Source: Ylistrum balloti
Taxonomy: Eukaryota
NCBI RefSeq assembly: GCF_031769215.1
Contig: NW_026782237.1
Span: 1,116,001 to 1,180,000 of the forward strand
Direction: 5' to 3'
DNA length: 64,000 bases
The notes under the pieces are model-generated. The model did no database searches. It was not told the origin of the DNA and saw nothing but the letters and a program-made list of their open reading frames with translations. Position numbers and translations under genes: made by a program. This document shows positions 39,401-51,400 of this stretch, piece after piece (the first letter of the stretch is position 1; every line of letters starts with the position of its first letter).

Positions 39401-42400
39401 AAGATCTGTACACATTTTTTTTTACAATTTCAGAAATAAATAAGCCATTCTCTTATCATCTATTTTTTATTCCAAAATTGCATGAATTAATCATCTAGAA
39501 GGTGATAAAACGTGTTAAGATCAAGGGACAGTATAGACAGGGTCTACTATATATATACAGTTAAAATAGTAACCAACACCGACAGTCCATAACACCGACA
39601 CCTTCCTACATGTTATCTTACATCATAGAATATTAAACAGTTCTAATCAGTATGTAAAAGTACATAAATTCAACATTTATAGAAGTTTACACTAGTTAAA
39701 TACTTGTGGAGCTGTGCTGTGAAAATATGTATAAATAATAATAAAAGTGCTTGGTAAGGTGACACATCAAATTTCTGATGGCGTCCAATTTTGTGTGATG
39801 TCCATAAAGTGGTGGAAAGCAAAAGCTATGTGCAGTCTTCTTCTTCATCTCTTTTTCTTTCTTTTTTTTTTAATTACAATATGCATCGAAGGAAAGAATT
39901 ATAGAAACATGTAAGTACAAGGAATATTTTCCTCAGCAGCCTCAACTCATCCCTTTTGATGACTAAATCAGAGTCTACTAGAAATCAATGATTGGAAAAG
40001 AGAGTTTTCGACACATGGTCCAGTTATCAGCTCAAGATCCTTACAGCAGTGAAGCATGCGAAGAAAAAGTTTTGTAGAATGATCATATTTCATGTCTTGA
40101 AAAATGAAACAACTTTAACTTAACTGACAAATGAAGACATTAAGAAATGAATACATTGTAGATACCACAGGACATACAAACACTGAAACACTCGATGGAA
40201 AGGACAGGACATTTATTGTATTATACCAACCATTGTCTAAGAGGAGAATGTAGTTACCATATTTAAACATTAGAGATATTGTGTACATATATATGTAACC
40301 CTGGTAAATACTAGCCGCAAAATACCGCTCGACTAGAGAGAACTTCTCTTTAGCTCGATTGGTTGAGCGTCAGACTAGTAAGCCAGGGGTCTCAGGTTCG
40401 ATTCCTAGCAGGGGCAATGAAATTAACAATGACCTCTGTTACATTGGCATCCATGTAGGAACCCGGAGATAGTACTTAGCCATTGCCCACCAGCATTACT
40501 TTCACAAGTACCGCTGTGAAAATAGTGGTATTTTGCATCTAGTATTTTACCTGTGTTACATATAATTATGGTTCATTATATATGATATATTATATGTATT
40601 ATATCAATGGAGGAACCTCCCAGAGATAGACACCTGTAATCTGGAGATGACATAAACTGCCGACAAAAAAGTCAACAGAACATTACACAAGAGCCGGAAA
40701 CAAGTAATAGATACAGGAGAGTGTAGTACGTATAGTTAGCTTACGCAGAACAGAAATAATCTAAAGGCTACAAAATAAGGGTTTTTAGCAGAACTACTGT
40801 ATCTATGGTGACGCATGCTCTGATTTTAGTGAACCTTAATGTGTGGTAGGTAGGTAACGTCCACAGGTCTGACTGCGCTGGCCGACTGCACTGGTATATG
40901 GATGATCTTGTTGAGCTCAGGGGACTGTATCAACTCCTTAAAAATTGAGCAGCAACTTGTCACTGTATGAGTGTGTGAATCTGTTACTTACCTGGTATTC
41001 TTACTGAGTCAGCCAAGGGTAGCTGCTTCAGTCAGAGATTTTTTTCTCTTCATAAACAAATTTGTTTGGTTCATGTCTAGGTAATACAGTATTTTCCATT
41101 ATAGCTCTTACAACAAATTGCATCTGTTTTTGCAAAAATGTTTCAAAAAATTTTTTTTTATTAAATCCTAAAAAAGTCATGTGAATTACATTTAAAATTT
41201 TAAACACAGATGCAATTAGCTGATAGAAAAGGAAATGAATCGCTCAGAAGCCAAGTGATTGGTGAGCATTTAAAAGGACGACTTGTAGGCTTGTGTGAGT
41301 TTTCATGCCACAGATGCTGTGATCAGTAAAACGATTTCTGCCATTTGACATTTCAGTGACAGTTCCGAACAAAAGTTTGTAAAGGAGGCAGAACTGTTCA
41401 CTTAAACATCATGAAATGGTCCATAATAACTATAGCTATATAGAACTATGTCTATTGATACCTTCTTGAACAATCGTATTTTAGGCCCCTGAAATAAAGT
41501 TGAGAGGTTAGTTGAAAATTAGTGAGCCAGACCAACACAAGCAAACATTAGCATCACAACCCTGTATCCATGTGCTCATTAATGAAAGAATTTCCTGGTA
41601 AATAAAGATTTATAAAAGACTAGCAGAGATCAATGTTCAGTTTACAAGATACTACTGCACTGACGACTTGTACCAAGAGACATCCTTCCCTAGAGGAATA
41701 CTATTGAGAGCTGGGCTTGGTGTTGTAAAATGTAATCTACTAACCATAGCCATATTCTTAAACAGAAATAAATAATTTAGAAAGGTAGAAAAACAAAATA
41801 CCAAAAAAATAGAACATGTACCGTGTATATATATAACAAATCTTACGCTAAACAGAAATCTATAGCCCTGTTTTGATGATGGTGACCTTATGGGGCCACC
41901 ATACCGGTCGGGTGAGGATGATGTCATTTGCTGAAATATCAATTTTTGGCATTTTGCTATATTTTCTCCATATCAAAAAACATTCATGTATGATGACTTA
42001 AAGCACAGATAACAGTAAGTCTACAAATCAAAAGGCTGCTTTACGGTACTAAAAAAAGATTAAACAAACACATTATTTAAGTTAAAGATGGGGGTTTTCA
42101 ACTGCAGCTGCAAGCTTCATCCAAAATATATCAAAAATAACTGAACAGTCAGATAATGTCTACTGACAAAGAACGAATCAATGATCAAATTTATTTTTTT
42201 GTTTTTGCAAAGAACTCAAGGTGATAGGGCCAAAATGTGGTAATATCTTTTTTATTTTTTTGTAAAAAGTTTAACCTCATACTTTCTGAAATAAAAAGGG
42301 TGATTAAAAATTAATAACAACATCACTCTGGGCCTAGCTGTTCAAATTTTAGTCAGCTTGTGTCAAGTCAACACAAATAATCATCAAACATCTAGTAGAT

Positions 42401-45400
42401 ACTAAGCTTAAGATTGTTCAACATGACAAGAATTCTCCATCTTTTCTCTGATGAAAATATTGAATAAAATTCATCATTTAAATCAAAATGTAGTAATTAA
42501 GAATCTAAGACATTTTTCATATAATTCAAAGTATCCAGATCTGAAAACTTTTCATCGGTGATTTCAGAATGTGATGATACAGTGAAGAACTGGGCCCACC
42601 GAGTCTCAGCTTTACTGTTAATTATGTGAAAGCACTGAACAACAAGTCACCGTGACATCATTAATCTCACACATATCAATGTCATCTTTCTAACAGTCTT
42701 ACCCCATAATATTGATCCTGAAATTAGTCAATGCTTAACTATCATCTCCGAATTCTAAATCATAAACCTTTCAGCTAATCCGGAGTTTATTTTAAACACT
42801 GACTGAAATAACATTTCTAAAAATCATAATTCTAATTTCATTGAAATGAAAACATCAGTAGGTTACCATTCTTTCTGAAAGATCTTGTTTTACGGAAAAA
42901 GTCTGTTATTTTGTGTGTAATTCCCTCTTGCTCCATAATTAAGGTGATGCGTTTTAAATCATATATGATTTCTATATTTAGAAATAACACTAATTTTTTT
43001 TGAGGAGTTACATACAGTTATCTTACAACAAAATGATTTTTTGAAAATTCATTAAAGATTTATGTAAATAATTGATTACTGTTTATTCTGATTTACTTTT
43101 GTGTTTATTTAAAAGAATTTGAACACCTGTAATATTTTAAGAATAATCTATCTTATTCCTACCAACGATATTTATATCATATCTCACATTACAGCATGCA
43201 GTTAATAAAGATGGCTACACCAATATCAGACTGAGTTTCAAAATTTTAAATATTTACTAGTTAAACCACGCAGTTATATCAATAAAAATGCATGCTATGA
43301 GAACATGATTTTAAAATGAGAAATGAAATTTTGAAAAGTAAATCTCAATATGTACGATATACATACCATTGGCTGTAGTGGTAGATCAAAGGTTTTAAGG
43401 GTGGCTGGTGTTTTTATCTGTGGCATAGATGCTGATGTAGCGCGAGTCTTTGCTGAGGGGGTTCTCGTTTCTGTACTATGGGCAGACAATGGGTGTGGAG
43501 GGACTATGGGTATCCGCGTCACATTATCATCTATTTCTGCTTTCTTTGATGATGTTGTGATGTCTAGTTTGACTCCAGCCAGATGATGGGACATCTCTGT
43601 AACAAATATGTTGTATCTTGGTTAATGAATGATAAAGTCTTCAAACAGAATTAGTGGGCAAAACCATTTTAAAAATTCAGGTGAAATATAGAGTAATTCA
43701 AGTTTTAAAGTCTCAATTTACAGCTAATGTGATATCATAAATGACTTACTTAAAGTTGAACTTTAACCTGAAAAGTTTGCCAGTATTTAATAGTCTTTTG
43801 GTAGATATTGTACCAATGATGTCCTTACTCACCTGGCTGTGCTGGCTTTGTTTTAACATGTGGGTCATGGAGAGGTGCAGTCTTGTGTCTGACTGGTGAA
43901 GGGTCTAAGGTTAGCTCGGCGGCTGGTGGAATCAAACCCCTCTCTAGTAAACTCAGAATCCCCTTCCTAGCATCATCTTCTGATATAGGTGGAGGAGCAA
44001 TCTAAAAGTAGATTTCTCTTTTCAAGACTAAACAAATCAATCTTGGTCCAGGTTGTATCACAATATATATGAGTGACCACAAAATTTATAAAAACATTTA
44101 GTCCTAGCACAATTTTTCCTGTAGCAAAATATTTACTCAGGCCCAGAGCCAGTATGTATAAAAAATATTAAGTCATCTGAGCCAGTATGTATAAAAAAAT
44201 TAAGTCATCTGAGCCAGTATGTAGCACAATATTTAGTCATCTGAGCCAGTATGTAGCACAATATTTAGTCATCTGAGTCAGTATGTAGCAAAATATTTAG
44301 TCATCTGAGTCAGTATGTAGCAAAATATTTAGTCATCTGAGTCAGTATGTAGCACAATATTTAGTCATCTGAGTCAGTATGTAGCACAATATTTAGTCAT
44401 CTGAGCCAGTATGTAGCACAATATTTAGTCATCTGAGTCAGTATGTAGCACAATATTTAGTCATCTGAGTCAGTATGTAGCACAATATTTAGTCATCTGA
44501 GTCAGTATGTAGAACAATATTTATTTACCCTAGGCAAAATGTAGTACAACATGTATTTCTTTATCCTGGTCTAGACATGGCATATATTTACCATGGTCAA
44601 GATTTATTACAATATTTAATTATCCTGGCCAAAATGCGGTATGATGTTTCACTGTGTTAATTGGAATCTATGTCTAGACAATGATACTTCACTATAACTG
44701 TATGCTCATTATAAATACCTGAGGGTCGACTCTGTTAGCCCGTGGAAGGACAGCTAGCGGTTCCACTGTGGTTCCTATGATTGGTCGTGGAATATTCTGT
44801 CATAGAAAACATTGTTATAATTATGATTTATAAGTAATGCATGAAATTCTCCATCCAAGAAGGAGACATCCTATTTCTCACAATGTTTTTTGGTAATACA
44901 TCTGGAAAGTAAGGCTGGCTCACTATACATACAGTATGTTGCGTAGTTTAATTGAATAGAATCAACTCAAAAAGGCAATACAAATAACGCAACAAAAACT
45001 AATTAACTTGTACTTCACAATTTTCATTGTAAAATAAATTCTTATTGATTATGTAAATCATATTCTTTGGAAAAAAAAAATGTAGTACAACATGAATTTC
45101 TAATATAACAAGAGAATTTCTAGACAATAAGCATATATTTGACAAGAGAATTTCTAGTATGACAAGATAATTTCTAGTATGAAGAATTTCTATATGACAA
45201 GAGAATTTCTAATATGACAATGAGGTATGATGTTTCACTGTGACAAGGAATTTCTATGTATGACAAGAGAATTTCTACTATGACAAGAGAACTGTATGAC
45301 AAGAGAATTATAAATGACAAGAGAATTTCTAGTACAATAAGAGAATTTCTAGTATGACAAGAGAATTTCTAGTAATATGAGAATTTCTAGTACAATAAGA

Positions 45401-48400
45401 GAATTTCTAGTATGACAAGAGAATTTCTAGTATGACAAGAGAATTCTAGTATAGAAAACATTATTATAAGTATGATTTATAAGTAATGCATGAAATTCTC
45501 CATCCAAGAAGGAGACATCCTATTTCTCACAATGTTTTTTGGTAATACATCTGGAAAGTAAGGCTGGCTCACTATACATACAGTATGTTGTGTAGTTTAA
45601 TTGAATAGAATCAACTCAAAAAGGCAGTACAAATAACAAAAACTATATTTACTTGTGCTTCACAATTTTCATTATAAAATAAATTCTTATTGATTATGTA
45701 AATCATATTCTTTGGAAAAAAAAAACAAGAAAGTAACAGAATTTCTAATATAACAAGAGAATTTCTAGTACAATAAGAGAATTTCTAGTATGACAAGAGA
45801 ATTTCTAGTATATTAAGATTTGTATATTATCAGTGAAATGCTGTAATAACAAATCTGGTAAAAAGTACAAATATATTACAATGTAATTACAACTAATAAT
45901 TGTTTACACAGAAAATTGCAACACACACAAAATTCTGCTTAGCAAAACCATCTGTCATTGTTCCAAATTAAAGTCACACTGCCATTAAAAAAATAAAAAA
46001 ATTCTATATATATCACAAACAGTCACAACAAACTAAACTCAGCACAGTCACCACATACTTTTGTTAATACTGCTTCTTTCCTGTTATAATATTCAAACCA
46101 TCCACCAAAAACAAATCTCACATGTTTTATGGAGACACAAAACTTATTTTTAATTTTCTTATTTTCTTTCTTTTCCTTTATTCTTCTTTTTAACAATAAA
46201 AGTTAAAATTTCAATGTGTTATCAATATACCAGTTAAAACAAACATAAAGTTTAAGTGAATACATCAGCCAAGTCTATTTTTTATAGTAAAAAACCTTGC
46301 GTTAAACACACAATATACAATCATGAGTAAGCATGTTGTGGTCAGCGGTTAGAGACTTTACTCACATTGGTCACTTTTATGACCACTCCACTATTATCCT
46401 TTTGTATAAGTCTGACCTTTCTCTGAAAATATCGGCAAGTACAGTTTAACAGGGAGAGAAACTTCAAATAGCATTTCCATAAAGATAAAGCAATGTCTAT
46501 TACACATCAATCAATGTAAACACACCAATATATTTTATCTGCAGTGGTGCATTCTACGTACTAGATTTTGTATAACGGTAGAAAAGTACATCTGATGAGA
46601 AAATCTCCATTGACCTCTGTTAAATACCTGTGCACGATCCTAGAATGGTATCCGTCTCATCTTCATTCAGCAAATTATTAATTTTAATCATAATTGTTGA
46701 TGACACAAAAATTCCCACTAACTTTTTGACATTCAAATCATGACTCGCTGAAGTATTTCAAAATCAAATATAAAATCCTAGTTTGTTTGTTACAGTTTTT
46801 ACTATATGTAACAGTAATTCTAAACACTAAAATCAATGATCCACAAGACTCCTCCTTGTCTTAACCCACATTTTCATTAAAACAGAAAATCTTATGAATA
46901 AAACATGTTTCTTGACTACAACTCCAAAACAAGCTCTGGTAGATGTGAGTATCGTGTCTGCCAGTACTAAGTTTTCTAAAGACAAAAATCACAGGGCACT
47001 AAATCTTACCTGTTTTCTAGCTGTTGAATATGTTTATAAGGAGCAGATCTTGACTTTGTTTTCAGGTGCTTTTTAGGGTTATAAGCCTTGAACTGTTACC
47101 TTGTTTTAAGTTGCTAAAAGGAGGGACTTATATATATATATATACATATATTGTTTTCATTAATTAGGGATCACTAACCAATCACCTGGCCCAATAGACC
47201 TGAGAGGCAGGGCCTATTTGAGGAAATTTGAGCAAATTCTTTAAAATCTTCTTCAGGAAAGATTAAATTTTGGACAAACTTACTGTGACACGTCCTTGGA
47301 TAAAGGGACCTGAGTTTTGTTAAACTGTTACATCTGAAGCCCTGGAGGTAGACAGGAGTGGGTTGATAGAGGAAATAGCTAAAAATCTTTAAAATTCTTT
47401 AGTTTAGATAAAGCAATCTCAGCAAACTGAGGAAGGTGATCAATACAGGCCCTATGGGCCTCTTGTTTGTTGTAATAACAAGCAGACCTGTCTTGTTTTC
47501 TATTGTTTTAAGGAACAGACCTTCCATACAGCTGGTAATTTTGTTATTTTCTCAGTTTTCTTTTACAATGGCAGAATGATATTTCAACAAATTAAAATTT
47601 TGCAATCGGGATGTTAAAGGACATCTTATATATGTCTTATCATATCATGGATTAAATTTTCACATTCATGTTAACATATATCATCTTCTCAAAAATAACT
47701 GGTTAAAGAATACCTCATTTTTCTTGTTGTTATAAGGAGCAAACCTCCCTGGTTTTCAATCTAGTTTTGTGTGTGTGTTATAAGAATGGCCTTGTTTTCA
47801 GACCTACTTTGTTTTTTCTTCTTACCTATATTGCTTTTTGTTGTTTTTTTTGTATTATAAGATGCAGAACTGCCTTGTATTTTGTTCTTCAAAGAAACTT
47901 TTGTATAAGGGTCAGACTTACCTTGTTTTTTATTGTTAAAACATCCAGACCTACTTTGTATTTTGTTGTTATTATGGTCAGACATACCTTGTTTTCTGTT
48001 CGCTGTGGTATAAGTGGAAGCTGGATACCAAAATTGTCATTGAGAGATTGTCTGTTCTGTCCATGCATTGGGTTCAACACTGCTCTCAGCGTTAACATGT
48101 GTTTTGTCTGACAAAATATGAATTATATGTCTTTAGTTATTCAATTTCTTAAGATGCATTTAAGTCTATAATTTGACACCAATTAATTCAGACAATGAAT
48201 TTGGAACATGAATTTGAACACTGACAGCTTATTTGAAAAAGGACCCAGCAGCCTATTATTCTTCAAGCCCAACAGCTTTGGTTAGCAAGTTTTATTTTAA
48301 ATCTCGAAAAAAAAGTTTGGTAACTATAAGGAAAGTTCCAATAAGATTACCAAAATAAACAAAGGTGTGAGTCTTCTTTGAGGTACCTTTTTTCTATGTA

Positions 48401-51400
48401 GGAAGTGTTTAGACAAAGACTGAACATACTTAACACAGTTACAAAGTCATAATTGATTTTCCTACGTACTACAATATAAAGAATGATACATTGTTTAGCA
48501 AATACATTGTAATGTAGGTAATGTTAGTGACCTTTACAAGTGACCTTGACCTTGCTGCAATTACCTGTTGTCCTGGTGATGGCCCTGCAACCTGGACCTG
48601 CTGTCGTTTTGGTAACAATGCCCCTGGAGGCTGTGGCTGTCTTAGCTTCTCTCTGGTAAGTACATCATCAATCATAGAAACACACACTGACTTATTAAAG
48701 AACAGATATCATTTAAGCAGTTTTTTTAGGATAATATGAAAAAAATTAACAACTGAGAACTGAGAAACAACCTTGTGATGACAGATAATGGAGAGATATA
48801 AAATCAGTTGCAAAAATAGTACACATGAAGGAAACAAGAGGCCAAAGGAGCCTGCATTGCTCACCTGGTTAATTTAGCTTATCAGCCATTTAACAAAGTA
48901 TTTCAAATATGACAAACAATTTCTGATATAATCTTCCTTCGGCCTTGTGGTCAAACAGAAGTCAGATTCACTATTCATAACCAGGTCCAACCATTTATAT
49001 AAAATTTATTCCTTTTTACCAATGATGCTTAAGACAAAATTTGAGCAAATCTAATATTTTCTATAGGAAGAGTAGGACTTCAAAATAATTGCTCAATTTC
49101 CCCTATTGGGCCCCATCCCTCCCATCAGGGGGGCTGAGACCAACCATTTATACAAAAATTGATTTCCTTCACACAACAATGCTTCGGACTATTTAGGCAA
49201 AACCCTATCATTCCTACAAGAGGAGTAAGACTTCAAAGTATTTGATCTATTATCCCCATTGGGCCCCGCCCCTTCTGCCCAAGGGGACCGAGACTGACCA
49301 TTTATACAAAACTGATGTCCTTTTATCCAACAATGCATCTGACTGAATTTATGCAAAACTGAATCATTTCTACATGAGGAGTAAGATTTTAAAGAACTAG
49401 TTCTATTTCTTCTATGAGGCCCTGCCCCTCCAGCCCCAGGGAGCCAAGACCAACCATTTATACAAAATTGGTTTCCGTTTATCCAATGATGCTTCAGACA
49501 AAATTTGGACAAAATCAGATCAATCCTACAGAAGGAATAGGATTTTAAAGACTTTGCTCTTTTACCCCTATTGGGTATAATGAGTAAATGATCTGAATTA
49601 TTTCAAAGTATACTGTATTATTGTACTATTGAATATAATTAGCCTGGACTTTCAATGATGCCAACCTCATATTAGTTGTAAATGTCTCTGCTCCTAATAT
49701 GTTATCCTCAATATATACTTACTTTTGTATTTCAGTATTAACTGATCTGTGATAGTTTTGAATATATGGTACATGTGAAATACAGTTAATATAAAATTTG
49801 TTAATGTCATTTAAATATATTATCTTCTTGAGCCCCTGCTTTTCCCTTTATTATAATCTTTGTAATGCAATTTCTGTCACTTGATACTTGTGACCTTACA
49901 TTATCATGTGACACTGATCTAACATACACACCGTGCGAGATACTGTTGGTCTTGTACTTTCTTCATTTCTGATTTGGTCTTTGTTTTAAGATCCCACGTC
50001 TGTTCCAGGGCCACCATACCAGGGTCGAACCTGGTACTGAGGGCTGTGGGTAGAGTCTGTACCTTGTTGTTGTAGTGATTTATCACCTGTTCAGTCTTCA
50101 TCTGCAAAATAATATGTTTTAATCAATATCTTCTACAAAGCATGGTCAAGTGACAGGACAACTTTTAATTATATCATTTCATCCATGATTTACCTATTTA
50201 TAGTTGTTTTTCAATAATCTTTTTGCACCCTTGCACTTGTGTCATCCAGTAAATGTTCTATGTATTTAGAGTGTGCTAAATTGCTTCATATTTTCATATT
50301 ACTTAACAAGTTCAACACCAAGCTACAAATGAACTAGTATGAATGTCATCAAACATTCCGTCTTATCATGTTCTTGTGACTTCCCACATCCGAATTTACA
50401 ATTTGACAAAGATATTGACATAAAAATTCTGAAGCATGAGACTACATCAAGTAAAAAAGCACTAGATAAGTTCAGATAGGCAGGTAGTTGTGATTGGCAG
50501 CACAGAGACTGTCACTTATGTATCTATAATCTGAATGATTGGCAGCACTGAGGCTGTCACTTATCTACCTTCAATCTTACTGGTAGTACAAGGACAGTTA
50601 CTTTCATCCCTTTTTATCTGACTGATTGGAAGAACTGAGACTTAAATTTCTCCATTTTCAAATTAATTGCTCCAAGGGAGGCTGGCAGAGCTGCGTCTGT
50701 AAACTCCACCAATCAGACTAGTTAATAGCACCAGTGCTGTAACTTGTTTTTAAATATGTCCTTTCATGTTTTAAGGTTAACTTTAACATCAACACATTTT
50801 CACTTAATCACTTGGCTATATGATGTCCTCAAAGACTCCATGAAATATATATAAACAATACAAATGTGATCTATAACATTGATGACACAAGTCGAAAGTT
50901 TTCTATTGCAAAATCAATATTTGATATTTGCCCCACTTGACTTATTTGTTTAAGTAATTGCTAAAACAAACGATAACTAATTATTTCCTAGATGAAAAAA
51001 TGTTTGACGGTATGACGATGACTAAGACGTGTTTTTAATACTAGTTTACTTACCTGTAGTCCCTCTTCAGTTTTGGCCAGGGCACTTTCCAGGTCCTTGA
51101 TGTTAATACTGCTCCCCTCCCCATGGTTAATTTTCTCTCGTAACTGGCGGATATCATCCTGTACCTGTCGAGTGAGGAAAACCATTTAAAAATCAGTAAA
51201 ATCTTCCTATCTACCTTCATTGTAATGATATCTCATTCACCCTAAAGAGAACTGATAAAACTGCTATACCTGTATATCTCAAACATGACCAATAATTTCA
51301 GGAAAAATGCAAATTAAGTGTTTCCTGCTACCCAGGACCAAGGGCAGCCGAGCAAAATATTTGAGAATGATCCCTCTAATACTGTTCACGAAATAGTTAT

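Noticed and set aside
40345-40416. Functional tRNA-Thr(AGT) gene
   Set aside because: Acceptor and anticodon stems do not pair properly, and it is embedded in an LTR-like unit.
40992-41076. IQCH exon with strong cag|gtaagt donor
   Set aside because: Stops in all three frames from the nearest acceptor; the flanking exons join in phase without it.
47010-47095. IQCH exon (..HIQQLENR|gtaaga)
   Set aside because: The open frame ends in phase 2, incompatible with phase-0 neighbours, and the acceptor is weak. Could still be a minor exon.
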